Positions 29,394 through 39,572 of a stretch of DNA of 64,000 nucleotides are shown in pieces. Below the pieces are notes generated by a model. The model was not told the origin of the DNA. It saw nothing but the letters and a program-made list of their open reading frames with translations, and ran no database searches. Position 1 is the first letter of the stretch; each line of letters starts with the position of its first letter. Location: assembly GCA_963832745.1 (NCBI GenBank), contig CAWHVC010000001.1:719555-783554 (forward strand), written 5' to 3'. The position numbers were made by a program, and so were the translations under genes. Origin of the DNA: Candidatus Bathyarchaeota archaeon (GTDB lineage: Archaea; Thermoproteota; Bathyarchaeia; Bathyarchaeales; Bathycorpusculaceae).

Positions 29394-32193
29394 CCTGCTT
29401 TTCTACACCGCCAAAATGAACTTGCACGGTGAGTTTAGCGTCGTTGTAAAGAGCATCAATTATTTTAGCGTTTTTCTGGAAGGCAATGTTTCGTTTTAGT
29501 TTCAGGTTTGGAGTAATATCTCCATTTTCAATCGTCAAATCGTTTGGAAGAAGCGCCCATTTCTTAATTTTTTCGGGGTTTGAAAGGTGCTTATTCATTT
29601 CTTCAATAGCGTGGTCAATAACTGCAAATGTGGCTTGGTTGAAGCTTTTTTTGTCAACCCAGAGAAGCGCCGTGCAGTACGGTTTAGATTCACCAATCAG
29701 CAACGCTTCAGATACGGTGTGCAACTCTTTTAGCATGCCTTCGATTTTTCCGCAGTAAATACATTTGCCATAGGAAGTTTTTATTAACTCTTTTTTGCGT
29801 CCATAAATGATTAGGCTATCTTCATTGGTCAATTTACCTGTGTCGCCAGTCATTAACCAGCCATCTTTTAATGGTGACTCGAGGGTTTTGTCGAAGTAGC
29901 CGACGGTTACCTGTGGACCTTTAACCATTACTTCACCGTCCTCGGCGATCCTTACCTGCGTGAAGGGCATAGGTTCACCAACGGTACCAATCCGGTTTCT
30001 TCCAAGCCGATTCAGCGTCACCAGTGGAGCCTCAGTTAACCCGTAAGCATTATAGATTTCTACGCCGAGTTCACGGTAATTCTCCAGAAGAGACTCTTCA
30101 GAGCTGGCTGAACCAACAATCAGTTGGGCGCATTTGTTTAATCCTGCTTTTTTAAGTGTGACATTTCTAAGTGTTCGGCGAAATATCGTTTTTAGCAATC
30201 TACTTTTTGTTTTTATGTAGAGGCATCCGAGTGAGTTTTTTTGTAGGGCTTCCCAGACCTTTTCGTAAACACGTGGAACCGAAAAGAACACAGTTGGTCG
30301 CACATGGGGTAGTTCTTCTTGAAGTTTTCGGAAGTCTTCAAGGAAATAAATCTCCATTGGCGCTGGAACATAATAAGGCGAGTAGGTTGCGAGTATTCCT
30401 TCTACAACATGCCCCATGGGTAGAAAGGATAGGTAACGATTTTTACGGTTTCTTGCTGTCCAAGAGGTTATAGAAACTATAGATTCAGCCATATAACGCA
30501 GGTTTTCGTGTTTAAAGATGGCGCCTTTTGGTTTGCCCGTCGTGCCAGATGAATATCGTAAGGTTGCGATGTCTCCAAAACCGATTGGAGCCCGAATGGA
30601 AAGAGGTTGGGTTGTAGCTTTGGATAAGAAATCTTCCCAGCTAAGTACTGGTCGGTTAAAATCATGGGGCAGTGGGGTTCGGCAGATTGAAACTATTGGC
30701 ACATTAGTGGTTAATTCTTTGGCGCGAACCAGAAGGCTTGGCATGCCAATGAAGAAGATTTTTGCGCCACTTGCCTCCAAAACACTGTTGATGTCTGCTG
30801 GAGGCGTGGTATAATATAATGGAACGCTTATTGCCCCTGCAAGCCCAATTGCTATGTCAACAACCAAATATTTCGAATTGTTCAAACCCGTCAACGCTAC
30901 TCGATCGCCGGGAGCCACACCAAAAGCATGAAGAGCACGGGTTGCCGCCAAAATCTCTTCACGCATCTCTTGAGCAGTTTTCTTTACGACTTTGCCTTCA
31001 ACTATGTCGTAGTAGGTGATAGGGTATCTTTTGCTTTCTAACCGAAACAGTACCTGTTCATGGACTGTGCGGTCTGAACGGTGAAAGAAGCTGGTGTAAA
31101 CCGCGTATTCTAACAGTTTAGGCATTACTTGACGCCAATCAAAATCGTAGGTACCTATTAGTTTGTCAAGGTTGTCTCTTTTGAATTGGCGGTTTTCGCT
31201 AAAATATGGCGAAAGAGAGATTAAAGCGTCTGAAACTCTGCGGTCACCTGTGAAGGCTCGTTGAAGTTTTAGGGCAGTCTTCATTGAACCAGCGGAAAGC
31301 GGCAGAAAAACAGGGTTGGGTAATTTGCAGTTTAACTCGGTTTTTGCCCATTTTTGCACGAAATCAAGCAGGTCACCAATCTGTGGCAACGAATCGTGAG
31401 GCGCTAAAACATGGAAGGTTAAACCTTCAGCTTTAGGCTCAAACGTCAACTTAGCTATGACTTTTGCAACGTAATCAACGGGAACAATGTTGATTTTTAG
31501 GTTGCGGTTTACGGGCATGAGGCGCATTTTGCCTGTTAAGTAAAGCCGTAGTGGAAAGTAGAAGGTATTGAATGTTTTGATAGCGCCAGTTTTTGAGTCA
31601 CCTACAACCATAGAGGGTCGAAAAACGGAAATGTGCAACTCGGTTTTGGCTTGTTGTACAAGTTTTTCGCCTTCATACTTACTACCTTCATAATCAGTGA
31701 AGAAGCCGTATTGGTCGGTTAACTGGTCTTCAGGGATTTCGCCTGTTGCGCCGCCTGCCACATAAGCAGTGGAAACGTGGGATAATCTTTCCAAATGATG
31801 ATGCTTGTTGACTTCCTTGGCGAGAGTAACCACGTTTGCGGTTCCTTGAACGTTCGTTTTTCTGAGTTCTTCAAGGGGGATAAAACGCCAGTCAGCCGCC
31901 GTGTGGATAATGTGGGTGATTTTTTGAATCAATTCTGAGTATTGGGTTTCGTTTAAACTGAAACTGGGTAAGCTTACATCAGCAGCTACGGCTTGAATTC
32001 TTGAGTCTAAAGCCGCAATCAGTTCAGGGTGGTCCCACCATTCCCGCTCAAGTTTAAACCGAGCAGCCTCATCGTTAACTGCCCTGACAAGTGCAATTAT
32101 AGTTACATCTTTGTCAGCAACGAGATTTCGGGCGACTTGGGTAGCAATGAACCCGTTTGCACCCGTCAACAGGACCGTTTTCAGTTTAACCAC
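29386..32193 (-). CDS. Fusion of N-terminal fatty-acyl/thioester reductase (extended SDR) and C-terminal long-chain acyl-CoA synthetase
   Basis: TGANGFIA, HVSTAYV, YEGSK, RPSMVVG; then YSSGTTGKPKG, AYGLTE, TGDTG, GRKKELI, TPNLKLKR; no carrier-protein domain. Confidence 0.9.
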   Translation of the reverse strand: MVKLKTVLLTGANGFIATQVARNLVADKDVTIIALVRAVNDEAARFKLEREWWDHPELIAALDSRIQAVAADVSLPSFSLNETQYSELIQKITHIIHTAADWRFIPLEELRKTNVQGTANVVTLAKEVNKHHHLERLSHVSTAYVAGGATGEIPEDQLTDQYGFFTDYEGSKYEGEKLVQQAKTELHISVFRPSMVVGDSKTGAIKTFNTFYFPLRLYLTGKMRLMPVNRNLKINIVPVDYVAKVIAKLTFEPKAEGLTFHVLAPHDSLPQIGDLLDFVQKWAKTELNCKLPNPVFLPLSAGSMKTALKLQRAFTGDRRVSDALISLSPYFSENRQFKRDNLDKLIGTYDFDWRQVMPKLLEYAVYTSFFHRSDRTVHEQVLFRLESKRYPITYYDIVEGKVVKKTAQEMREEILAATRALHAFGVAPGDRVALTGLNNSKYLVVDIAIGLAGAISVPLYYTTPPADINSVLEASGAKIFFIGMPSLLVRAKELTTNVPIVSICRTPLPHDFNRPVLSWEDFLSKATTQPLSIRAPIGFGDIATLRYSSGTTGKPKGAIFKHENLRYMAESIVSITSWTARNRKNRYLSFLPMGHVVEGILATYSPYYVPAPMEIYFLEDFRKLQEELPHVRPTVFFSVPRVYEKVWEALQKNSLGCLYIKTKSRLLKTIFRRTLRNVTLKKAGLNKCAQLIVGSASSEESLLENYRELGVEIYNAYGLTEAPLVTLNRLGRNRIGTVGEPMPFTQVRIAEDGEVMVKGPQVTVGYFDKTLESPLKDGWLMTGDTGKLTNEDSLIIYGRKKELIKTSYGKCIYCGKIEGMLKELHTVSEALLIGESKPYCTALLWVDKKSFNQATFAVIDHAIEEMNKHLSNPEKIKKWALLPNDLTIENGDITPNLKLKRNIAFQKNAKIIDALYNDAKLTVQVHFGGVEKQGE

Positions 32194-33416
32194 TCCGGAT
32201 GTTTTTCTTCCAAGAACCCTCGGAAGAGCTGAATGTTTCGTTTCTCGCGGGCAACGTATTGTTGCAAACCGTTTTGAAGGGTATTTCTTAAATTACTGCT
32301 TTGATTAAGAAGTGTTTCAACGTTTTCGCTTAACTTCTTGTAGCGGTCTGGGTCTTCATGGTCTACAAACAATTCAGGAATGCCCAAGTCTGAATAGAAG
32401 TCTTGGATTCGCAAGTCATGTCCGATTGCTGTTTGCGGCACCAGACTTGGCAAGGAAAGAACCCCAGCATGATACCGTGAAGTAATCAGCAAGTCCAAGC
32501 TTCGCAACACACTGGTCATTTGTGAAGCGTTGTAATTGATTGAACTGAACACTTTGGTTCTGTCAGCATGCTTCATGTGTTGTTGGATTTTAGTTGTGAA
32601 AGTTGTGTCTAAGCCTTCCATGCTTAACAAGGCTACGTCTTTATCGTACTTTTCTACCAACTCGTCAGCCTGCACAGCTAAAACTTCAGCCAACAAACCG
32701 CTCTTTTCTTGGCAGGATTTTGAATGCTGATAATAGTAAGGCCATCTGTAGCAATGCTTTTTTCTGCCCCAAGGACGCATTTGAACGGGCCAAATGTAAA
32801 TGTCTTCGGCAGCTAACCCAACAACGTGAGATGCCTGTGGCCAGACACGTTTAAGCAAATCCGCATCTTGAGGTTTTGGTTTAAACGCGAACGCGTTGTC
32901 CGCTGTAACTTCGATTGGGGCATTAACTTGCCATTTGCGTAGACGTTCAGCTGCTTTGTTGGTCCGCGCCATTATGAGGTCTGTTTTGCTTGCTTCCCTG
33001 CGGATTAGCCATCGGTTGAAACGTGAAGCAGATCCAGCATCAACCGAGTAGGCTATGCAGGGTTTTTTCATTGAATGCGCGTATCTTGTGGCAAGGAGAT
33101 AATACCAGAGAAGTGCTTGCCCCCATGTGTCCAGGTAGCAGCTGCCTTCAACAATCACGATTAAATCGTTCTGCTTAACTAAATTATAAATATCAATGGG
33201 GAACACAGAGGGTCGTACAGGCTTGATTTTTAGGTTTGAGCTTTCCTGCAGGTACCTTCGAAGGTTTGCCTCGTTTAATGTGGGCACTGTAAATATTGCG
33301 TCTTGACCAAGAATTGAACGTATTTCGTCAATTATAACGAGAAGCTTAGCCTCGGCTCCAGTATTATTCGCCCCGTTATAGCCCACGAGCAAAATTCTTG
33401 GATTCAACCTACACAA
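32181..33416 (-). CDS. Polysaccharide pyruvyl transferase family protein
   Basis: VGYNGANNTGAEA, TADNAF, LITSRYHA. Confidence 0.8.
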   Translation of the reverse strand: MCRLNPRILLVGYNGANNTGAEAKLLVIIDEIRSILGQDAIFTVPTLNEANLRRYLQESSNLKIKPVRPSVFPIDIYNLVKQNDLIVIVEGSCYLDTWGQALLWYYLLATRYAHSMKKPCIAYSVDAGSASRFNRWLIRREASKTDLIMARTNKAAERLRKWQVNAPIEVTADNAFAFKPKPQDADLLKRVWPQASHVVGLAAEDIYIWPVQMRPWGRKKHCYRWPYYYQHSKSCQEKSGLLAEVLAVQADELVEKYDKDVALLSMEGLDTTFTTKIQQHMKHADRTKVFSSINYNASQMTSVLRSLDLLITSRYHAGVLSLPSLVPQTAIGHDLRIQDFYSDLGIPELFVDHEDPDRYKKLSENVETLLNQSSNLRNTLQNGLQQYVAREKRNIQLFRGFLEEKHPEWLN

Positions 33417-33433
33417 ACCCCCATTTTTCGGAA

Positions 33434-34006
33434 TTATTCTTGAGCTTTCTTAGCTAGTTCCTCAGCCCAGTTATGGATTTCAGTCCAGTCACGTAAGTCA
33501 AAAACGTTCGGTTCAACTTCTTTAAAGCCGTGTTTCTTAAGCGCCGATTTGTAGCCTAATTCCATGCTTTTTTTGATTAAGAAGTTCATTTTGTTATAGT
33601 CAATTATTCCGCCAAATATTCGAGTCGAAATGGGTTTAAGTTGATACTTTAAGATTTTGTCATCCAAACCAATTTTCTGAATTCGAGAAACCAGTTCTGT
33701 TTTTCCTTCTTTTTCTTCAATGGTCTTAAGCGAGGAAATAAAAAGCGCCAGTTTTTTGCCTTCAAAGTCTTTATTTGATTTTTTTACAAAGTCTTCGACT
33801 TCTTTAGCCCAATTACCCATCGCCATGCCGGTACCTACAACGATTAACCCGTATTCGGAAAGGTCTTTAACTTTTTCTTCCTTAGCATTCACTATTTTTA
33901 CGTCAAAATTGGCTTCTTTTAGAACCTTGGCGATTTCGTCAGAGGTTCCCTTTGTGGCACCATATCGTGTGCCGTACACTATGAGTGCCTTTAGATTTGT
34001 GTTCAC
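33434..34006 (-). CDS. Flavodoxin-domain (HemG-like) protein
   Basis: LIVYGTRYGAT, FGGIID, DLRDWTEIHNWA. Confidence 0.85.
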   Translation of the reverse strand: MNTNLKALIVYGTRYGATKGTSDEIAKVLKEANFDVKIVNAKEEKVKDLSEYGLIVVGTGMAMGNWAKEVEDFVKKSNKDFEGKKLALFISSLKTIEEKEGKTELVSRIQKIGLDDKILKYQLKPISTRIFGGIIDYNKMNFLIKKSMELGYKSALKKHGFKEVEPNVFDLRDWTEIHNWAEELAKKAQE

Positions 34007-34662
34007 TTTGATTCACCTAATGTTTTCATAAAAAATGCTACATGGCGTTCAAAAGAATCCGTGTAGAGCTCAACAAAGGAGCATGATGTTCGGCCGTATT
34101 GAATTAGGAAGTAGTCAGTGAAGGTTTTCCAGAAAAACGCTAGAAATTCTGAGGCAAGAACTTGGGGGTCTTGCGGTTTAACGAAACCCTGTTTTATCAT
34201 CATACTGAACACTGAAGCCCAGAATGTTTCGCCTGCACTAATGAGGTTAACGAAAGATTCCATGATTTCGTTGTTATGGTACAATTCTATATAGAATATT
34301 CTTAGTATTTTTAGGGTATTGGCGTCTGCCATCCAGCTGAGGAACACGTTGCCTGAATCAGCTATGAATCCATCTATACCCAGTTTAGCGATGAGTTGTT
34401 CTGTCGTGTCGTCTCTGGCTGCAAGGGCGTATATTTTTGCTAGTGGGTATTGGATGATTTTTTGGAGTATTTGTTCTTTGCTTGTGTAGTGTTTGTATAT
34501 TGAGCTTTCTTTGATTCCTACTGTTGAGGCGATGTCTCTTATTGTTACGTTTACGTACCCTCTTTGGGCAAATAGGTCAATGGCGGCATCGAAGATTTTT
34601 TCTGCTGTTCCTTTTTGGCCGGGGATTTTTGTTGGTCTTCCGGTTTTTTTGTTTTGTGCCAT
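34003..34662 (-). CDS. TetR/AcrR family transcriptional regulator
   Basis: IFDAAIDLFAQRGY..VTIRDIASTVGIKESSIYKHYTSKEQI. Confidence 0.93.
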   Translation of the reverse strand: MAQNKKTGRPTKIPGQKGTAEKIFDAAIDLFAQRGYVNVTIRDIASTVGIKESSIYKHYTSKEQILQKIIQYPLAKIYALAARDDTTEQLIAKLGIDGFIADSGNVFLSWMADANTLKILRIFYIELYHNNEIMESFVNLISAGETFWASVFSMMIKQGFVKPQDPQVLASEFLAFFWKTFTDYFLIQYGRTSCSFVELYTDSFERHVAFFMKTLGESK

Positions 34663-34673
34663 TCCGCATCACT

Positions 34674-34695
34674 TAAGCTAACACGTGTTAGCTTA
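34674..34695. promoter_or_regulatory. Candidate TetR operator 1
   Basis: Perfect 22-bp palindrome TAAGCTAACACGTGTTAGCTTA just upstream of tetR start. Confidence 0.8.
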
Positions 34696-34720
34696 TTTGG
34701 TTTATGAGAAAGACAAATAT

Positions 34721-34742
34721 AAAGCTAACGGCCGTTAGCTTT
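34721..34742. promoter_or_regulatory. Candidate TetR operator 2, overlapping TATA/BRE region
   Basis: Perfect 22-bp palindrome AAAGCTAACGGCCGTTAGCTTT; shares AAGCTAAC-N4-GTTAGCTT with operator 1; abuts minus-strand TTTATAT. Confidence 0.8.
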
Positions 34743-34798
34743 TTACAACAACTGCAGTTAAATTCCCGAAACACCTTACCATTAATTGGCGAATCCAA

Positions 34799-35167
34799 AT
34801 GAAATACGTCACCCTTTACATAGACAACCAAAACATATCCCACTTCAAAGACCAAAACATCGAATTCAAACCCAACAATTTCGCACCACCAGCCCCACCC
34901 GTAAACCTCTCAAACTACACCGCCACCTCACAAATGGTCTTCTTCCAAATACCCCAAGGATGGTTCGGCGACTGGCACCCAGCACCCAAAAAACAGTTTT
35001 TCTGCTGCCTCCAAGGCGCAATTGAAATAGTTGCAGGCGACGGAGAAAAGCGCACCTTCAACTCAGGAGACGTTTTTCTTCTTGAAGACACCGCAGGCAG
35101 GGGGCACACAACAAGAGTCGTTGGAAATAAAGATTTTATAGCCGCCATTATCCAAACAATCACTTAA
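34799..35167 (+). CDS. Cupin domain protein
   Basis: DWHPAPKKQF, GDVFLLEDTAGRGH. Confidence 0.8.
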   Translation: MKYVTLYIDNQNISHFKDQNIEFKPNNFAPPAPPVNLSNYTATSQMVFFQIPQGWFGDWHPAPKKQFFCCLQGAIEIVAGDGEKRTFNSGDVFLLEDTAGRGHTTRVVGNKDFIAAIIQTIT

Positions 35168-35325
35168 CTTGGGCAAGCAACAGAGCTTCATTTTGGTCAA
35201 TAAAGCTCTTTTTAAACATAAAGTTGTCTAATGAAAAACTGCTAAAAACCGATTCAACCACGTTACAACACAAGTTAAACTAAGGTTTATATGGGCATTA
35301 AGTCAAAGAGCCATAAGGTGACCTG

Positions 35326-36612
35326 ATGCTACAAAATACGTGTGAAACGTTGGAAAAAACTGGCAACAACTTCGTTTGCCCCGACTACAAAAAAAACTGC
35401 ATCTCAAACATACCCCAACTGGTTTCACATGCATTAAAAGTTAATAAAAAAACAGGCAAAGCACCTTTTGAGGAAAAAATAGAAAAAACAGATTACGAAG
35501 AAGCAAACAATGTTGTGCTCGTAGTCATTGATGGTTTTGGGTTTAACCAATTCCTTAAACATTACAAGAAAGACAAGTTTCTATCAAGACTTACCGACCA
35601 AGGCGACACTTTTCCACTAACAAGTACCTTCCCCTCCCAAACAACAAACGCCCTTACAACCTTAAACACGGGTTTAACACCGCAAGAACATGGGCTTTTT
35701 GAATATTTTATTTACCTCAAAAACGTTGGAGTAGTTAACACATTAAGTTTCGAACGCACCGGCAGTCCAGCGGAAGAAGCATGCAACCCAAACATACTGC
35801 TATCCAAAGAAAAAACAATTCACACCAAGCTTAAGGAAGAGGGAATTAACAGTTTTACACACATAAGCGCGTATAACGCTTTTAATGCATGCTCAAAACT
35901 GCTTTTTCAAGGAAGCACTATCATGCCGGGCTTAAAGCTGTCTGACACCATCGTTGGTCTTAGAAAGAACATTGAGAAAAACCGTGACAAAAAATCATAC
36001 TATTTTGTTCACTTGGATAGTTTAGACACAATCGCCCATGAATATGGCCCAGACAGTTACGAAACGCACGTAGAATTATCGTTAATAACGCATTTACTTA
36101 ACAAAGAGTTAGTGCAAAAAATTGATAAAAAAACAGCCAAAGAAACCCTGCTACTTATAACTGCTGACCATGGCGGGTTAAGCGTAAACCCAAAACAAAC
36201 AACATACCTTAACTTCTCAAACTACACAGTACCCAACCTGCAAACACAAAAAAACCGGGCACCGATCTCGCCAACAGGCAGCCTAAGAGAAGTCTTTCTA
36301 CACATTAAAGAAGAAAAAATACAAGAAACAAAAGAGTTGTTGGAGAAAAAAATTGGCGGGAAAGCCCAAATTCTTGAAACTAAGGAAGCCGCCAAAAACG
36401 GGTTCTTTGGACTTGGCGCTACAAGCAAAGAATTCTTTGAAAGAACAGGAAACCTAATGATTCTGCCTTTGGCAAATGAAACCGTTTGGTTTGAAAATTC
36501 TGAGAAAAGAAGAGTAAACTTTTTGGGTCAACATGGCGGGTTAAGTGAGCAGGAAATGCTTGTGCCCTTTGCTGTAGCCAATTTGGGTGCCTTAAAAAGA
36601 AGCTACGCCTAA
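35326..36612 (+). CDS. Alkaline phosphatase superfamily (type I phosphodiesterase / nucleotide pyrophosphatase)
   Basis: VVIDGFG, STFPSQT, DTIAHEYGP, ITADHG, GQHGGLS. Confidence 0.88.
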   Translation: MLQNTCETLEKTGNNFVCPDYKKNCISNIPQLVSHALKVNKKTGKAPFEEKIEKTDYEEANNVVLVVIDGFGFNQFLKHYKKDKFLSRLTDQGDTFPLTSTFPSQTTNALTTLNTGLTPQEHGLFEYFIYLKNVGVVNTLSFERTGSPAEEACNPNILLSKEKTIHTKLKEEGINSFTHISAYNAFNACSKLLFQGSTIMPGLKLSDTIVGLRKNIEKNRDKKSYYFVHLDSLDTIAHEYGPDSYETHVELSLITHLLNKELVQKIDKKTAKETLLLITADHGGLSVNPKQTTYLNFSNYTVPNLQTQKNRAPISPTGSLREVFLHIKEEKIQETKELLEKKIGGKAQILETKEAAKNGFFGLGATSKEFFERTGNLMILPLANETVWFENSEKRRVNFLGQHGGLSEQEMLVPFAVANLGALKRSYA

Positions 36613-36654
36613 GTCAAGAAACGGGAAGAGAATAAAAATAATTTTTCTGTTTTG

Positions 36655-37002
36655 TTAAAGTTGGATTTTGTTTAGTTCTACGATTAATGCGCCGTATGAT
36701 TCTAGCAAGTGGCTTTTCTCGTGTTCTGCGTGTCCTTCAAGTTTCATGACTTCGCTTAATGCTGTCATGGCTTCTGTTTTTAGTTTTGATATTTTTTCTG
36801 CTGTTTCCGAGTTTATGGGGGCGGTTAACGGTTCAATTGAGGAGTGTATGGCTTTGAGTTTTTCTATGCAGTTTCGGATTTTTTGTACGAAGAGTTCTTC
36901 TTCTTTTAAGTAGTCTTCAAGTCGCACTTCGAGTTTGCGTACTTCACGGTAATATTCTTGGGGTTCTGGTTTGGAGGCGTTTTCCATTTGTGTTTTCACC
37001 AT
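36655..37002 (-). CDS. Hypothetical coiled-coil protein
   Basis: 115-aa Glu/Lys-rich helical ORF. Confidence 0.6.
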   Translation of the reverse strand: MVKTQMENASKPEPQEYYREVRKLEVRLEDYLKEEELFVQKIRNCIEKLKAIHSSIEPLTAPINSETAEKISKLKTEAMTALSEVMKLEGHAEHEKSHLLESYGALIVELNKIQL

Positions 37003-37241
37003 TTGTTACTGCGTTTTGGGGCTTATAATTTTTAAATTCTTTTTGGACGCAGTAATGTTACATTTTTCTATTTTTGTAGCACTATTTTAGGGTTATTGCC
37101 AACGAGAGGTTGTTGAACATGGAATTTAAGCAAAAAGCAAAACAGTTTGCCGTGAGTGTAGGATGATGTTAAAACCCGGCTTAATTATCAAAAAATTTAA
37201 TATTAACTATTCATTTTTTTGATAAGCAAGCTGTGGGAAAC

Positions 37242-37649
37242 ATGACTGCAAAAAAGTTAGAACTAACTTTAATCACTGGTCGAACAATAGACCAAGGCGC
37301 AGGAAAAGAAAAAGGAAAAGGCTCCCAAGAATATTTTGATTCAGCCGCAATATGCATGCTTGACAGAGTAGACATGAATAAACTTGGAATCAGAGGCGGC
37401 AACGTACAAGTTACATCCCACTACGGTTCAGTAATAGTAAAAGCAAAAGAATACCCACGAGGTTCACACCCAGGAATAGTTTTCATACCCTGCGGACTAT
37501 GGGCAAACGCAGTCTGCGGCGACAACACCTACAGCATGGGAATGCCAATGTTCAAAGGTTTCCCAGTAGAAGTGGAATCCGCACAAGACAAACCCATCCT
37601 CACACTTGATGAGCTTCTAAAAGAAGAATACGGAAAGGAAATACCATGA
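37242..37649 (+). CDS. fwdD: Formylmethanofuran dehydrogenase subunit D
   Basis: LITGRTIDQG, VTSHYGSV, FIPCGLWANAV, GMPMFKG; ATGA overlap with fwdB. Confidence 0.9.
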   Translation: MTAKKLELTLITGRTIDQGAGKEKGKGSQEYFDSAAICMLDRVDMNKLGIRGGNVQVTSHYGSVIVKAKEYPRGSHPGIVFIPCGLWANAVCGDNTYSMGMPMFKGFPVEVESAQDKPILTLDELLKEEYGKEIP

Positions 37650-39199
37650 CAATTATAAAATCAGTTGTTTGCCCAATCTGTGGCTGCTTATGCGATGACC
37701 TTGAAGTAACCGTTGAAAACAACGAAATCGTAAAAATGAAAAACGGATGTGCCGTATGCGAAGCTAAAATGGTCTATGGCTACAAAGAAGAAAGAATTCT
37801 AAAACCCATGATTCGTAAGGACGGCGTGCTTGTGCCTGTAAGCATGGATGAAGCAGTAAAAAAAGCAGCTCAAATCCTAACAGACTCAAAGTACCCACTG
37901 CTCTTTGGGTGGGAATGCTGCACCAGCGAAGTGCAAAGCATTGGTGTTGAGATGGCTGAAGAATTAGGCGCCGCTTTAGACAATGTTTGCAGCATTTGCC
38001 ATGGCCCTTCAATGATGGCAACTCAAGAAGCAGGCATTCCAGGTTGCACTCTGGGGCAGGTTAGGCACCGTGCTGACTTGATTATTTATTGGGGAAGCAA
38101 CCCTTGGGCTTCACATCCACGGCATGTTGAAAGATATACAGCTTTCCCAGAAGGGCGCTTTGAGAAAAGTGAATGGAAAAGCTACCTGCAGAAACTTAAG
38201 GCAAACACAAGCAAGAAGAAGCTTGACGCCTTAACCCGCCGAAAAGACATAAAGTATCAGCCACCCCCACGTCCGCAAGCATGCGTCGTTGATGCTCCAC
38301 CACAGTCAATTCAGAAAATGGGGCGAAAACTGATTGTTTTTGACCCAATTAAAACTATGACTGCTGAAGTAGCTGACTATTTTGTTCAGGTTAAGCCAAA
38401 CACGGATTACGAAATAATGCAGGCGTTAAGGTGTCTGGTTAATGATCAAGAACTGGACGTTGAAAAGGTTGGTGGAGTTCCAGTTGAATACTTGAAGGAA
38501 GTCGCCGATGCAATGGTGAACTGCGAGTTCGGCGCCATCTTTTTTGGTTTAGGTTTAACTGCGAGTGCAGGCCGCTTCCGCAACGTTGAAGTCGCAATCA
38601 AATTAACAAGAGACTTAAACAAGAAAACCAAATTCGTTGTAGCACCTATGAGAGGGCATTTTAATATTACAGGCGCAAACGTTGCTTTTGCTTGGGCAAC
38701 AGGTTACCCGTTTGCAATCGACTTCTCGCAAGGTTATCCACAGTATAACCCGGGGGAATTCACAGCAATTGACCTGTCTAAAAAATAATCATGTAGACGC
38801 AACATTAGTCATTGGGTCGGACCCCGGTGCACACTTCCCCAAGCCATCAATGCAACAAATGATGAAACATCCATTAATCGTGATAAACCCAGACATGAAC
38901 TGCACCTCAAAAGTCGGCGACGTACTGTTTCCCACACAATGGTGCGGAATAGAAAGTGAGGGCACAGCTTACCGAATGGATGGCGTACCAATTAGGGTTA
39001 AGAAAGTTGTAGAAGCACCACTGGGCGTTCCTGATGATGAGGAAATTCTCAAAAGCGCATACTGGCTGAAATAAGAGCAATCAAAGCTAAAAAAGCAGAA
39101 AACACTGACAAAACAGTAACAGAAAAAGAGGCAAAGCTGACAAAGACGGCGCAAATAGCAGAAAAGAAAAAGCGCGTTAAACAGAAGGCAAGCGCTTAA
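37646..39199 (+). CDS. fwdB: Formylmethanofuran dehydrogenase subunit B, two frameshifts (~38777, ~39053)
   Basis: CPICGCLCDD, CHGPS, HPRH, MRGHFN; frame 2 VDATLVIGSDPGAHFP...GTAYRMD; frame 3 RILAEIRAIKAKK...*. Confidence 0.9.
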
Positions 39200-39228
39200 C
39201 AATTTTTCTTGTTTTTATAGGCGATTTA

Positions 39229-39495
39229 ATGCCAACTGTGGAGGATTTTGTTTTAAATGTTGGGGGCATTTGTGGTGGAGAGGTAAATAGTGTTGCTGTT
39301 CTTAGACCTGAGAAGATTGATCAAGCCATAGCAAGGATTCTGAGTCGAGGCATTGTTAAGAAGAGGGCGGCTGGTTACATGTGGGAAATTAGGTTTCTTA
39401 ATGTTACTTTCAGGGTTTTTAAGAGTGGCAGGCTTGTTTTTCGTGGCATTGGTAAAGATGAGTTGGATAGGCTTTTGATAGCGCTTTTTATGTGA
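39229..39495 (+). CDS. Small hypothetical protein, possible TBP-like fold
   Basis: ICGG and TFRVFKSGRLVFRG motifs; AGGCGA SD-like sequence upstream. Confidence 0.55.
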   Translation: MPTVEDFVLNVGGICGGEVNSVAVLRPEKIDQAIARILSRGIVKKRAAGYMWEIRFLNVTFRVFKSGRLVFRGIGKDELDRLLIALFM

Positions 39496-39572
39496 TTTTC
39501 TGAAAAAAGGCAAGTTACTAAAAAAATTAAGTGCATTCTTGATACTATAGATAGTTTGTTTCAATCACTAAA

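Noticed and set aside
37980-38010. Selenocysteine form of FwdB
   Set aside because: The metal-ligand position in CHGPS is a TGC Cys codon; the breaks in the gene are frameshifts, not in-frame TGA
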